Positions 1 through 8,657 of a DNA stretch of 64,000 nucleotides are shown piece after piece. A program made the position numbers and the translations under genes. Source of the stretch: a virus; the IMG/VR virus record IMGVR_UViG_3300045988_180775, one strand, 5' to 3'. Every line of letters begins with the position of its first letter. The stretch's first letter is position 1. Under the pieces are notes generated by a model. It saw nothing but the letters and a program-made list of their open reading frames with translations, searched no databases and had not been told where the DNA came from.

Positions 1-470
1 ACGGCCTGGGCATCATTAGACGGAATGAGTTCAGGGGTGCCCACCTTGTCGTGGTAGGTCTCCTGCGCCGTTTTGTACCGGCTCTCGCCACGGATGGCGG
101 CGGCGTCAGAGCCGCCGATGCCGAAGTGACGAAGGGCCTCCCACTCTTTCGTCTGCACGAAAGCGCAGTCAACGACAACCTCCGCATTCGGCCACTCGAA
201 GCGATGCTCGACAGGCTTCCCGTCGTAGCTGTTCTGCACCCACATGGCAAGTTCCACGCTGTCCATCCGCTCGAACAGGTCAAAGCTGTTGTCAAACAGG
301 ATTTTGGCCGTCTTCGCGAACGCCGCGCCGTCCATGCCGGACTTTGCGAGCGCGTCATCGAGTTTTGCCATACGGGCCTTAATGACCTTCACCGTGTCCT
401 CGAAGTAGGACCGTTTTCCCGCACAGATGTGCGGGCAGGAATCAGGCAGATTGCATTCAAAATAACTCAT
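1..470 (-). CDS. YqaJ-like viral-recombinase-domain exonuclease (N-terminal part; gene continues past window start)
   Basis: Not in ORF track (no stop in window). ATG at 470-468 with RBS AAGGAGAATGAGAA upstream. Translation MSYFECNLPDSCPHICAGK...ALRHFGIGGSDAAAIRGESRYKTAQETYHDKVG carries the IGGSD..I.G motif of YqaJ/lambda-exo family. ATGA start/stop overlap with upstream gene. Confidence 0.6.
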   Translation of the reverse strand, partial: MSYFECNLPDSCPHICAGKRSYFEDTVKVIKARMAKLDDALAKSGMDGAAFAKTAKILFDNSFDLFERMDSVELAMWVQNSYDGKPVEHRFEWPNAEVVVDCAFVQTKEWEALRHFGIGGSDAAAIRGESRYKTAQETYHDKVGTPELIPSNDAQA

Positions 471-784
471 TTCTCATTCTCCTTTTTGTACTTTTTCTTC
501 GCGCATTCCGGGCAGAGGACGTTTTCGCCGCTCTGCATCATGGTCATGTAGATTTCCTGTCCAAACGCGCTGATGAAGCACTTGGAGCAGAAAACCTTTC
601 CGCATCCTTCCGCCCCACACGACCACAGTTCCCCGTGGACGTCATCGGAGGCGTCCCACTTTGCGTTGTGGCCGCAGAAATCGCAGGTGTAGGTATCTGT
701 CTTTTCGACATACATAAGCAGTTCTCCTTTCATGGGCGGCGGTGTGGGATTGCTCCGCACACCGCCGTAATCACTTACTTCCAA
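467..784 (-). CDS. Cys-rich zinc-ribbon protein (105 aa)
   Basis: ORF with paired CxxC motifs (CDFCGH...CGAEGCGKVFCSKC...CPEC). Translationally coupled to downstream exonuclease gene. Confidence 0.5.
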   Translation of the reverse strand: MEVSDYGGVRSNPTPPPMKGELLMYVEKTDTYTCDFCGHNAKWDASDDVHGELWSCGAEGCGKVFCSKCFISAFGQEIYMTMMQSGENVLCPECAKKKYKKENEK

Positions 785-1971
785 GCAACTGTTCCACCGA
801 TGTCATAATCGGACCAGTTGAGGTTCAGCGTCTTTCCGATAAGCTCTTCCAGCTCCAGAACCTTCGCATCGCTCGCACCTGCGTGCTTGGCGTAGGTGGG
901 AATTTGTGCCATGCTCAGGTAGATGTCCAGCGCAGACATACGCGGGGAGTTGATAGCAAAGGTATCAACTTCTTCACGCGCAGGGTCAGCATACTTTCTG
1001 GGGATTTTCAGGTAGGAGCAGATGCCAACGAGGCAGTTGACGGGATTGGAAATTTCCATGCTTCCCATCTTCTGCATCATTGCTGCGCCATCCTCAAACA
1101 GCGCATACAGTCCGCCCGCTTCGTCCTCAAATTTCTCCAGGCCGTACTTCCCTGCCGCCTGCTTCTTGTGCTCGACACGGATTCCCTTTCCAATGGCAAA
1201 GGAGAAGGAACCGCCGGGGGACATCAGCTTCGGCATCAGAATCGCCGAACTGGTCGCCGTGTCGCTGGTAGACAGACGGACAACAGGAACCCAGTTGATG
1301 GCGTGATTCCGAGAGACTGCGTTCGACAGCGCCTTCTGGTACTTATCAATGAGTTCGTCTCGGACGTCGGGCAACTCCCAGACAGCGCTGGTATAGCTAT
1401 GGGAATTGAACCCTTCCTTGAACTTCGGGACGCCGAATCGGTTGTTCAGCTTCTCCTTCGTGATACGGACCAACTCGCTGATGCGCATAATGGCGTAACC
1501 GTCGGATGCGCCGCTGTGCAGCGCGGACAGTTTGCCATAACGCAGCAGGAGAAGCCCGTTTCCCTTGGCATACCGCAGAGCGATATTCAAGCACTGCGCA
1601 AGGTCGGCAAACCCTTCCGCTTTCACCATGTTCGCATTGGCGGGGCCAATCAAACCGGCGGTGGTGTAGAGTGTCGCACGACCGGTATCACGCAGGCACC
1701 AGGTTGTGCCCTGATACTGAACCATGAGGTTCGTACCGTAACCACCATGCAAATCGTTGACGGCGGTATCATGTGCCGTATCATGGTCAACGCCATACTT
1801 TGCCACAGCGTCCGCTACGAACATCGGCCCATCCAGAGGAATGACCTGAAGCTCTTTGCGAGGGATTTCGGGGAGCCACTCGCTGTTGTTTTCCATGTCC
1901 CGGATAGAGTCGATAAATTCCGACTCGTCATGGAACATTTCTTGGAAATCGTCAAAAATCTTGCTGCTCAT
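775..1971 (-). CDS. hypothetical protein (398 aa), first gene after cassette copy 1
   Basis: Long minus ORF, balanced composition, conserved RBS AAAAGGAGAAATGAAAAA immediately upstream of ATG. No recognisable motif. Confidence 0.6.
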   Translation of the reverse strand: MSSKIFDDFQEMFHDESEFIDSIRDMENNSEWLPEIPRKELQVIPLDGPMFVADAVAKYGVDHDTAHDTAVNDLHGGYGTNLMVQYQGTTWCLRDTGRATLYTTAGLIGPANANMVKAEGFADLAQCLNIALRYAKGNGLLLLRYGKLSALHSGASDGYAIMRISELVRITKEKLNNRFGVPKFKEGFNSHSYTSAVWELPDVRDELIDKYQKALSNAVSRNHAINWVPVVRLSTSDTATSSAILMPKLMSPGGSFSFAIGKGIRVEHKKQAAGKYGLEKFEDEAGGLYALFEDGAAMMQKMGSMEISNPVNCLVGICSYLKIPRKYADPAREEVDTFAINSPRMSALDIYLSMAQIPTYAKHAGASDAKVLELEELIGKTLNLNWSDYDIGGTVAWK

Positions 1972-2146
1972 TTTTTCATTTCTCCTTTTCGTGAATTATT
2001 AGGTGATATATAAAAGCCAGTATCCGCAAGGGATACTGACTGAACTTTCTTTATGTATGTGATACTTCCTTTGTATGGTCTCAGCATACCGGCGGATGAA
2101 GAAAACGCCTTATTCTCCTTTCAAGAACCCAAGAACCGAGGAACTT
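1972..2146 (-). promoter_or_regulatory. conserved intergenic cassette copy 1 (GAACC repeats, hairpin A, hairpin B, U tract, conserved TIR)
   Basis: Shares about 120 bp near-identity with six other intergenic copies. Hairpin B 2018-2038 (cagtatcc/ggatactg), hairpin A 2073-2089 (gtatg..catac), GAACC x3 at 2124-2144. Confidence 0.7.
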
Positions 2147-2334
2147 TACGGCCCAGTAAGGCAACGAAGCCTTTCCTCCCGGAAAAACAGTGCAAATATG
2201 CCCTCTCATGGTGCATTTCTGCTCTTGCATGGACCTTTGGAATCCGGACAAAAAAGCGAGCAGGCATTAAGCCTGCTCGCGGTTTGCGGTTCGCTGAATG
2301 CGGATTCAGTTTTAGCCCCGAAAGGTGGCAAAAA

Positions 2335-2634
2335 CTATTTATCGCATTGGCTCTCAAGATAATCCACATCATCCACATATCCGGATACGCGGATATGCAG
2401 AAAGTTTTCGTCAGGCTCTACACCAACGACATCGTAGCTGATTTCCGATAGGCAGCAATTCAGCCCGACGAGACGCTCGGTAAGAATATCATCGAATCCT
2501 TCCATGTCATTTTCAATGATGTCATCCAGCGAGATGCCAACGACACCGGAAATTTGGCCGTCATCATCGAGATTTTTCAGAATTTCTGCGGCGGTGTAAG
2601 GCTGTTCCATAACCGTGTAGTTTAAGAGTCCCAT
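2335..2634 (-). CDS. small acidic hypothetical protein (99 aa)
   Basis: ORF with RBS AAAGGAGAAGC before ATG at 2634. Confidence 0.5.
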   Translation of the reverse strand: MGLLNYTVMEQPYTAAEILKNLDDDGQISGVVGISLDDIIENDMEGFDDILTERLVGLNCCLSEISYDVVGVEPDENFLHIRVSGYVDDVDYLESQCDK

Positions 2635-2678
2635 TTTGCTTCTCCTTTTGTGTTTTATTTCTGTTCCGGAAAGATAAT

Positions 2679-4433
2679 TCAGGGGTTTGCGGCAAAAAGC
2701 AGGTTACTGATTTCTCCGCACACAGCGTAGATGCCGGCGGTATCTTTCTTTCCGCTGGCTCCGGAGGTAAGTACGACCACGCCGCAGCCCGTGTCAGGAT
2801 TGTAGCACATGAGGTTGTACGCACCGTATGCGCTGCCGGTGTGATAGAACAATCTGCTCTGCCCATAGGTATTGGCTCGCAGACGCAGAGGCTGGCACTG
2901 GTAGAATCCGCCGGACACAGCCTTATCGCCGTGTGACTCCAATGTGGAGACGATGGACGGAGAAAGGTATTGTGCGCCCTCGTATTTGCCATCACCGGCA
3001 AGCAACGCCACAATTTTTCCAAGGTCGTAGGCGCTGATGGTGAGTCCGCCTGCGAATCCACTGCCGTCCGTACCGGGCAGTTCGTCATCAATAGCCTTGA
3101 GCATTTCCTGGTAGGACAGGCCCGTGCTGCCATCGGCACGGTAGAGCACCGCCAGTTTTTTCGTATCGGATACACTCCCTGTTCGGAATGCCGCGTCGAT
3201 GGACAGTGGACGGTAGAGGTAATGTCCAAGCAGCTCGTCCATCGTGCAGCTGTTTGCTCGCTCGACCGCAAGCCCCAGTGCAGAGAAGGCGTAGTTGTTA
3301 TACAGCCAGTTTTCCAAGTTGCCGGAACAGACCTCGCGTGTCGCAGACGAAGACATGAGTCGCGTCTTCATCCCCTCATAGCTTCTTGATACATCCTCCG
3401 GTGCCCTGAGAGAAGATGTATGTGTGAGAACGGAACGGACTGTAATGTGGTCTCCTTCCTGTGCTTTGTGGATGGGAAAACCGAGGTAGGTGTCCAGCTC
3501 TGTATCGAGAGTCATCGTTCCTTCTTCTGCGGAAAGGCTCGCTGCCATACCAACAAGCACTTTTGAGATGGATGCAGCCCGAACTTTCGTATCTGCTGTC
3601 ATGGCTGATACTCCGCGAACCGCCTCTCCATACGCAAAGGTATCTGATACATGGCCGTCCTTAATGTACGCAATCGACAGACCGACCGCACCGTACTTTT
3701 TTGCAATCGCATTGATTCTGTTTTGCAACGCTGCGTGCTGTTCTGTGGCCTGCACCACGGCTGACGCCGGGATTGTCCGGACAACAGGTCCGTTATTCTG
3801 GAGCCAGCAGCCGAGTGCGAGAATCATATCGACAGCTTCTTTATGATTCATCGTGCCTTTCGGCTCGAATCCTTTTTCTGAAGCGGTCAGGATGCCGTTC
3901 TCCATGCACCATTTCACAGCTCTTCTCGCGTAAAGCGGGACCTGCGCGGCGTCAGCGCACGCAAGCAGCGTGCGGGATGAAAGCGGAGCGGCGTCACAGC
4001 CCATCGCCTTCGCCAGACGGGCAGCCATCACAGCGGCCTCATTCCGTGTCAGCGGTGTGTCCGGCTCCAGTACGCCGGCCGCCGTGCCATTTATGATTCC
4101 GTTTGCCTTTGCCCAGCTCACCTGAAGCGCGTAGTATGCGTTCTCCGGAACATCGGGGAACGATGTGCTCTGAACCGTATCAAGCTCCGGGTTTGCGAGG
4201 TTCACCAGCATGGTCAGGAACTGCGCCCGTGTGGTCTTACCTTCTGTCTCAAGCATTTCTTCCAGGATACCGTCCGGCACGCCGGCTTCAAGACTCTGAG
4301 TCGGCTCAGTGTTATACGTTGCGTCTCGCACCTCCGTATCGGTCTCAAATTCTAATGCTGCGGAGCTTGGCGTCGCGAAAAGCAGCAGCAAAAAAGCCGC
4401 AGCAAATGCGGTAAATTTTCTTTTCACGTTCAT
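2679..4433 (-). CDS. secreted SLH-domain serine hydrolase, beta-lactamase/PBP4 family
   Basis: N-terminal signal peptide (MNVKRKFTAFAAAFLLLLFATPSSA). SLH-like repeats (FPDVPENAYYALQVSWAKANGI...LTRNEAAVMAARL). Serine hydrolase motifs SISK (SxxK) and YNN. Confidence 0.75.
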   Translation of the reverse strand: MNVKRKFTAFAAAFLLLLFATPSSAALEFETDTEVRDATYNTEPTQSLEAGVPDGILEEMLETEGKTTRAQFLTMLVNLANPELDTVQSTSFPDVPENAYYALQVSWAKANGIINGTAAGVLEPDTPLTRNEAAVMAARLAKAMGCDAAPLSSRTLLACADAAQVPLYARRAVKWCMENGILTASEKGFEPKGTMNHKEAVDMILALGCWLQNNGPVVRTIPASAVVQATEQHAALQNRINAIAKKYGAVGLSIAYIKDGHVSDTFAYGEAVRGVSAMTADTKVRAASISKVLVGMAASLSAEEGTMTLDTELDTYLGFPIHKAQEGDHITVRSVLTHTSSLRAPEDVSRSYEGMKTRLMSSSATREVCSGNLENWLYNNYAFSALGLAVERANSCTMDELLGHYLYRPLSIDAAFRTGSVSDTKKLAVLYRADGSTGLSYQEMLKAIDDELPGTDGSGFAGGLTISAYDLGKIVALLAGDGKYEGAQYLSPSIVSTLESHGDKAVSGGFYQCQPLRLRANTYGQSRLFYHTGSAYGAYNLMCYNPDTGCGVVVLTSGASGKKDTAGIYAVCGEISNLLFAANP

Positions 4434-4450
4434 AAAAAATATTGGCCGCT

Positions 4451-4490
4451 CCTCCCCCCACGCCTTTCGGCGCGTGGGGGAGAAACGGCA
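4451..4490 (-). terminator. GC-rich hairpin between genes (possible terminator/attenuator)
   Basis: ctcccccacgc...gcgtgggggag inverted repeat. The T-run on minus strand lies about 10 nt after the stem, so terminator function is uncertain. Confidence 0.35.
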
Positions 4491-4508
4491 TTCTCCTTTC
4501 CGATAAAA

Positions 4509-5054
4509 TTATTGCCATCTCACGGCATGGTAGATTCCCGCTCCCTGTTCCGGGTCATTTTTGCTTGCTGGAAGGTCTTCATAGTGGACGCCCCGCATCT
4601 TCCGGGTAATCTTGATGGGATACGGAAGAGCTGCGTTGTCCTCGTTGTAGCAGGCAATGTCGATGCCGACGCCGCGAAGCTCGGCACTATAGGGCCGGTA
4701 TAAGCTGACGGTTTCCCTCAGATGCTTGTCGAGCGCGTCACGCAACTGCTCAAACGGGATGGACAGGTCTGCAATGACCGGATACCATCTGAAATCCTTC
4801 AGACGGTACTGCTTTACGCTCCCGTTGTAGAAGCGGTGGATATGCGGAAGCAGGAAGTCCGGATTCTCCGCGATGAATGCGCGGTTCCACCGAACGACCA
4901 GTTCGTACACATCCTGCCCGTTGAACTCGCCGTAGCCTTCATAGCATGGCTCGTGGATAAAGGTCCCGTCCGGGCAGGCAATATAGCCTGCCCGGTCAGT
5001 ACGCAGGTTCTGTGTGTTGTCAGTATCGGCAAAAAGCCAGGAAAAGCATCCCAT
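4509..5054 (-). CDS. hypothetical protein (181 aa)
   Basis: Track ORF 4509..5231 trimmed to in-frame ATG 5054 preceded by GGGAGGCGGAGAC. Upstream 59 codons look like noncoding read-through (R/S/T rich). Confidence 0.55.
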   Translation of the reverse strand: MGCFSWLFADTDNTQNLRTDRAGYIACPDGTFIHEPCYEGYGEFNGQDVYELVVRWNRAFIAENPDFLLPHIHRFYNGSVKQYRLKDFRWYPVIADLSIPFEQLRDALDKHLRETVSLYRPYSAELRGVGIDIACYNEDNAALPYPIKITRKMRGVHYEDLPASKNDPEQGAGIYHAVRWQ

Positions 5055-5145
5055 GTCTCCGCCTCCCCTCTCACGCCGCGTTGGAACGAATGTCCGTGAG
5101 GATACGCTCCAGCGCCTTGTATACGCCGGACGGCGTAAGCGCGTG

Positions 5146-5487
5146 CTATTCCTTCGACAGGTCATTCCCTCTCCCGTGGTTCCACAGGAGAAGTGTGAAG
5201 ATTTCAGGGTGCTCCGCAAACACGCGGCCATATACGGCCTTCGTATCGGCGTTCAGGATGGACACGGTAGCATTCATCCCCCGGTTCTTGAGCGCACGGC
5301 AGATGCGCCGTGCCTCCAGACGGAGCGCCTGCTTGGATTCATCCAGCAACTTCCCATCCTCGCTCATGTCGAAGTAAATGGTTAGGTTGCCATTGAACGC
5401 ACCATGCACAGCGCCGCCATCCACGATATCGAACAGCTTCACGTTCTCAATGTCATATTCAAAACGCACCAATGTTCTCATTGTCAT
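5146..5487 (-). CDS. hypothetical protein (113 aa)
   Basis: ORF, coding-like composition. Confidence 0.5.
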   Translation of the reverse strand: MTMRTLVRFEYDIENVKLFDIVDGGAVHGAFNGNLTIYFDMSEDGKLLDESKQALRLEARRICRALKNRGMNATVSILNADTKAVYGRVFAEHPEIFTLLLWNHGRGNDLSKE

Positions 5488-6266
5488 TTTTCTCCTTTAC
5501 CTTCTTCAAAAATGATTTTGGCTGCCTTGCGAAGCTCCGCGACCTTTTTCGCTTTATTTCCCGTGTCATCCAGGTCGAAAGTAAGGGCAGCATCCTTGAA
5601 CCGCGTACAGCCATTCAGAGCGTCATCCCAGAGCGCACCGCGTTCCTCCTGTGCCTTGCTGAGCAGCGCCGCCTTATCCGAAGACGCGGCGAGCTGCTTC
5701 TTCAGCGCGGGGAAATCGCGTTCGTCCATTTCGCAGGCGTTCGTATACTCGAAACGCTCATAGAGCGAATCAAGGTACTGGGTGGCTTTTTTTGTTAAGC
5801 CAAAACCCCTTACATAGACGTCTTTCCCGGCAGAATCGCTCAGGAAGCAGAGGCTCGGATTGGACTGCGCGGAGAATTCGTAGACCGCCTCGCAGACAGC
5901 CTGCAAATTTTCCATGCTTTCTTTACGATTGGGGACATCTTTCCCTTCCAGATGTTTGGTCAGGAACTCCTCCAAGCCTTTGCGCTCCTCAGACGGGAAT
6001 AACCATGTGGCTCGCCACGAATTCCGCAGTAAGACGGGGTAGACCGCGCCGCCGACGAGAATGGCGAATTCATCCGCCGCGTCATCTCCGAAGAACTCAA
6101 GAGCGCTTCTGAGCCACGGCAGCAAGGCAGAAGAAACTACATCTTCGGCGATATCCGCCGCTCGTGTTTCTTCCTGAATACCCTGTACGCAACGCGCCAT
6201 AATCGTGAGGTCGTAGATACTCTGCGGCTTTCCGATGTGCCACGCATCGAAGATTGTCATGCTCAT
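5484..6266 (-). CDS. hypothetical protein (260 aa)
   Basis: ORF. 4-nt overlap with downstream gene suggests operon. Confidence 0.6.
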   Translation of the reverse strand: MSMTIFDAWHIGKPQSIYDLTIMARCVQGIQEETRAADIAEDVVSSALLPWLRSALEFFGDDAADEFAILVGGAVYPVLLRNSWRATWLFPSEERKGLEEFLTKHLEGKDVPNRKESMENLQAVCEAVYEFSAQSNPSLCFLSDSAGKDVYVRGFGLTKKATQYLDSLYERFEYTNACEMDERDFPALKKQLAASSDKAALLSKAQEERGALWDDALNGCTRFKDAALTFDLDDTGNKAKKVAELRKAAKIIFEEGKGEK

Positions 6267-6267
6267 T

Positions 6268-7182
6268 TTACGCCTCCCTTTCCGCCTGCTGCATCAGCTG
6301 GGCAAGGATATCGTAGGCGTCTGTACCCTTTACCTTGTTGAGCAGTGCCATTGTGTCCGCATAACGTTCTCTGATGACAGGCATACCGCAGAGCGCGGAA
6401 CGAACCTGAAAATATCCCGGCGTCCGCTTGGCGGCAGCCAGCAGATGTGCTACGTTGCAGACACTCAACTCTTCTGCGCATCCGGCCCACTCGAAGGAGT
6501 CTCGGCCGATGGGTGCGCCGTTGCGGGGTGGAGTATTCCGCTCAATGGCGTCCAGGTACTCCTGCGTGTAACGCTCGGTGGAGGTGTCTTGAAGCGCCTC
6601 ATAGGCCATCTTGAACGCGGCCAGCCACAGCCAAATGCGGTGTGCGATGGTTCGTCCCATATACGGGACGGTCTCCACGCCGTCCATGTCCATCTCCAGC
6701 CATGCGGAGAAGGCAACGGGATTTGCCACGAAGCCCTTCTCAGAGTTGAAGCTGCCCAGCAGGTCCGTTTCTCTCTCGTCGAGGTCGTCCTGATACTCTG
6801 TTTCTCCGTTTGCGAGCATATCGGGATGATTGTCCCTATACTCTTCCAGCAACATGGTCTTGCGCTCACGAAGCTCACCCTTGGCCGTTTCGTAATCAAA
6901 GAAGTAGTCGTCCGTTGTGCAGACAAACTTCTCCATGAAATAGCCGGGTTTCTTCCAGTAGCCGGAAAGAGCCTTCAAAGTGGCAGTCTCCGTCAGGCAA
7001 ATGACCGCAGAGCCAAGGTCTCCGGTGATATACACATGATAGCCGTCCATCACCGCACGAATCGCGTACGCCTGCGTCCCTGGCTGTCTCCAGTTCAGAA
7101 CGCGCACGTTTTCGTCCAGAATGTCGAGACGTGCCTTGTGGTTTGCGAATCGCTTTTCAGCTTTTACCATTTCCTGATTCAT
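6268..7182 (-). CDS. hypothetical protein (304 aa)
   Basis: ORF. The antisense plus-strand ORF 6235..7242 was rejected on composition. Confidence 0.6.
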   Translation of the reverse strand: MNQEMVKAEKRFANHKARLDILDENVRVLNWRQPGTQAYAIRAVMDGYHVYITGDLGSAVICLTETATLKALSGYWKKPGYFMEKFVCTTDDYFFDYETAKGELRERKTMLLEEYRDNHPDMLANGETEYQDDLDERETDLLGSFNSEKGFVANPVAFSAWLEMDMDGVETVPYMGRTIAHRIWLWLAAFKMAYEALQDTSTERYTQEYLDAIERNTPPRNGAPIGRDSFEWAGCAEELSVCNVAHLLAAAKRTPGYFQVRSALCGMPVIRERYADTMALLNKVKGTDAYDILAQLMQQAEREA

Positions 7183-7204
7183 TTTTTACTTCTCCTTTCC
7201 GCGT

Positions 7205-7396
7205 TCAGCAGTAGCTGCGTGCAAAATCCCGGTAAGCGTTGATACTCATTTCACAGTCATCGACCAGTCGATTGATGACGGAGATTTCGTCCTCGGCAAC
7301 ACCGGAATCCTGAAGCTGCTTGAGCTTCTCGTTCACTTCCTCTACGGTCTCACAGGTAGTGAACCGGTGAGAATGGAAATCCAAAACATAAAACAT
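7205..7396 (-). CDS. small hypothetical protein (63 aa)
   Basis: ORF with RBS GAAAGGAGAAGATATC upstream. Confidence 0.4.
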   Translation of the reverse strand: MFYVLDFHSHRFTTCETVEEVNEKLKQLQDSGVAEDEISVINRLVDDCEMSINAYRDFARSYC

Positions 7397-7418
7397 AGAT
7401 ATCTTCTCCTTTCGGTTT

Positions 7419-7649
7419 TCAAATGGTTGTGTTGTAATCCTTCATCTTCACTTGGATGATAATTTGCGTACATTTGACAGTCACGAATGTCACTTTTGCT
7501 TCCAGGATACCCGGCATAGCGACTGCCGGAATCTGGTATAGGCTGCGAAAATGCCCAATCTCCTGCAAGCCGACGCGAACTACGACAGGGATTTCATCGC
7601 TGGCGGCACCGATTTGGCTGCAAAAGTCGAAAACAGTCAGTTTCTTCAT
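7419..7649 (-). CDS. small hypothetical protein (76 aa)
   Basis: Track ORF trimmed to ATG at 7649 (MKKLTVFDF) preceded by GGGGGATAACCCT. Confidence 0.4.
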   Translation of the reverse strand: MKKLTVFDFCSQIGAASDEIPVVVRVGLQEIGHFRSLYQIPAVAMPGILEAKVTFVTVKCTQIIIQVKMKDYNTTI

Positions 7650-7664
7650 AGGGTTATCCCCCAC

Positions 7665-8210
7665 TCAGTTCCAGCAGAGATTCCTGATTTCGCGGTCAGA
7701 CAGACCAATCGTTCCATCCAGCATCTCCGTCAAGAACTCATACTGCTCGTCGCCAGTCATGCGGTCGGCATACTCCAAAACATTGTGGATAATGCGACCC
7801 GCCGTGCCGTCGATGTCGAAGTTGTTCAGAAGCCACTCGTAAGTGCCTTCGAGGCCGCAGGCTTCAGTCTCCTCGTCATCTGTGTCGGCGTTGCCATTTT
7901 CAAGAGCGTCAGCAAGGTCGTTGAGCATCTCTTGGATGGCGTCAGCGTCTTCCACCAACGTCTTGATGTCTGGCACACCACTCACGCTGCCCTGCGCATC
8001 GACCAACATCTTGACGTGTTCCTCGGTATCGAAGCTGTCCGCGTAAGAACGGACTTCGGCTGCAAGACTCTCGGCGTCAGATGCGTCTTTCGTCAGAACC
8101 GTGAAGGAGAAATCTTCCCCCGCCGGACTGCACTGGTTAAATTCGATGCTATCGCTGTCCATATCGACTGCCCATCCGTAGCTTTCTGCAATTTGAATCA
8201 TTTTTTCCAT
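7665..8210 (-). CDS. acidic hypothetical protein (181 aa), first gene after cassette copy 2
   Basis: ORF with conserved cassette TIR AAAAAGGAGAATTAAAAAATG. Confidence 0.55.
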   Translation of the reverse strand: MEKMIQIAESYGWAVDMDSDSIEFNQCSPAGEDFSFTVLTKDASDAESLAAEVRSYADSFDTEEHVKMLVDAQGSVSGVPDIKTLVEDADAIQEMLNDLADALENGNADTDDEETEACGLEGTYEWLLNNFDIDGTAGRIIHNVLEYADRMTGDEQYEFLTEMLDGTIGLSDREIRNLCWN

Positions 8211-8381
8211 TTTTTAATTCTCCTTTTTTGAAATTTTTTTGATATATAAAAGCCAGCATCCGTATGGACGCTGACTGAATTTTCTTTGTGTTTGTGATAC
8301 TTCTTTTGTATGGTCTCAGCATACCGGCAGGCACGGAAAACTCCGCATTTTGCAAATTGGAACCTAAGAACCGAGGAACCT
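8211..8381 (-). promoter_or_regulatory. conserved intergenic cassette copy 2
   Basis: Hairpin B cagcatcc/ggacgctg at about 8256-8275, hairpin A 8309-8325, GGAACCTAAGAACCGAGGAACC at 8359-8380. Confidence 0.7.
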
Positions 8382-8404
8382 CAAATCTGGAGTGTGAAAA
8401 GACA

Positions 8405-8440
8405 AAAAGAAAAAGCGCCGCCCACAAAGGGGCGGCGCTC
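8405..8440 (-). terminator. rho-independent terminator (minus orientation)
   Basis: gcgccgccc-acaaag-gggcggcgc stem followed on minus strand by TTTTTCTTTTTGTCTTTT. Confidence 0.7.
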
Positions 8441-8444
8441 AGGT

Positions 8445-8657
8445 TTAAGACTTGGGAATGGCCTCCAGAAAGGGTTCGACCTTCCGGAACACCTTCTCAG
8501 AGCAGAGAACATTATTTCCGTTGCCAAGGTGCAGTTCCACGCGGTCGCCGATTCTGTTCCAGACCTTCTCCCCGTGCAGTGTATAGACGGGTAGGCTGCC
8601 GTATCTGCCGGCTTCCACGGTATGCAGCAGAGACGTCAAGTTCTTGATTTTATACAA
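8445..8657 (-). CDS. small hypothetical protein (70 aa)
   Basis: ORF directly followed by terminator. Confidence 0.45.
   Translation of the reverse strand: MYKIKNLTSLLHTVEAGRYGSLPVYTLHGEKVWNRIGDRVELHLGNGNNVLCSEKVFRKVEPFLEAIPKS

Noticed and set aside
51-551. 166-aa plus-strand ORF at window start
   Set aside because: Antisense to the minus-strand YqaJ-like exonuclease ORF, which has an SD, an ATGA coupling overlap and a recognisable motif. The plus-strand translation is R/A/G-rich.
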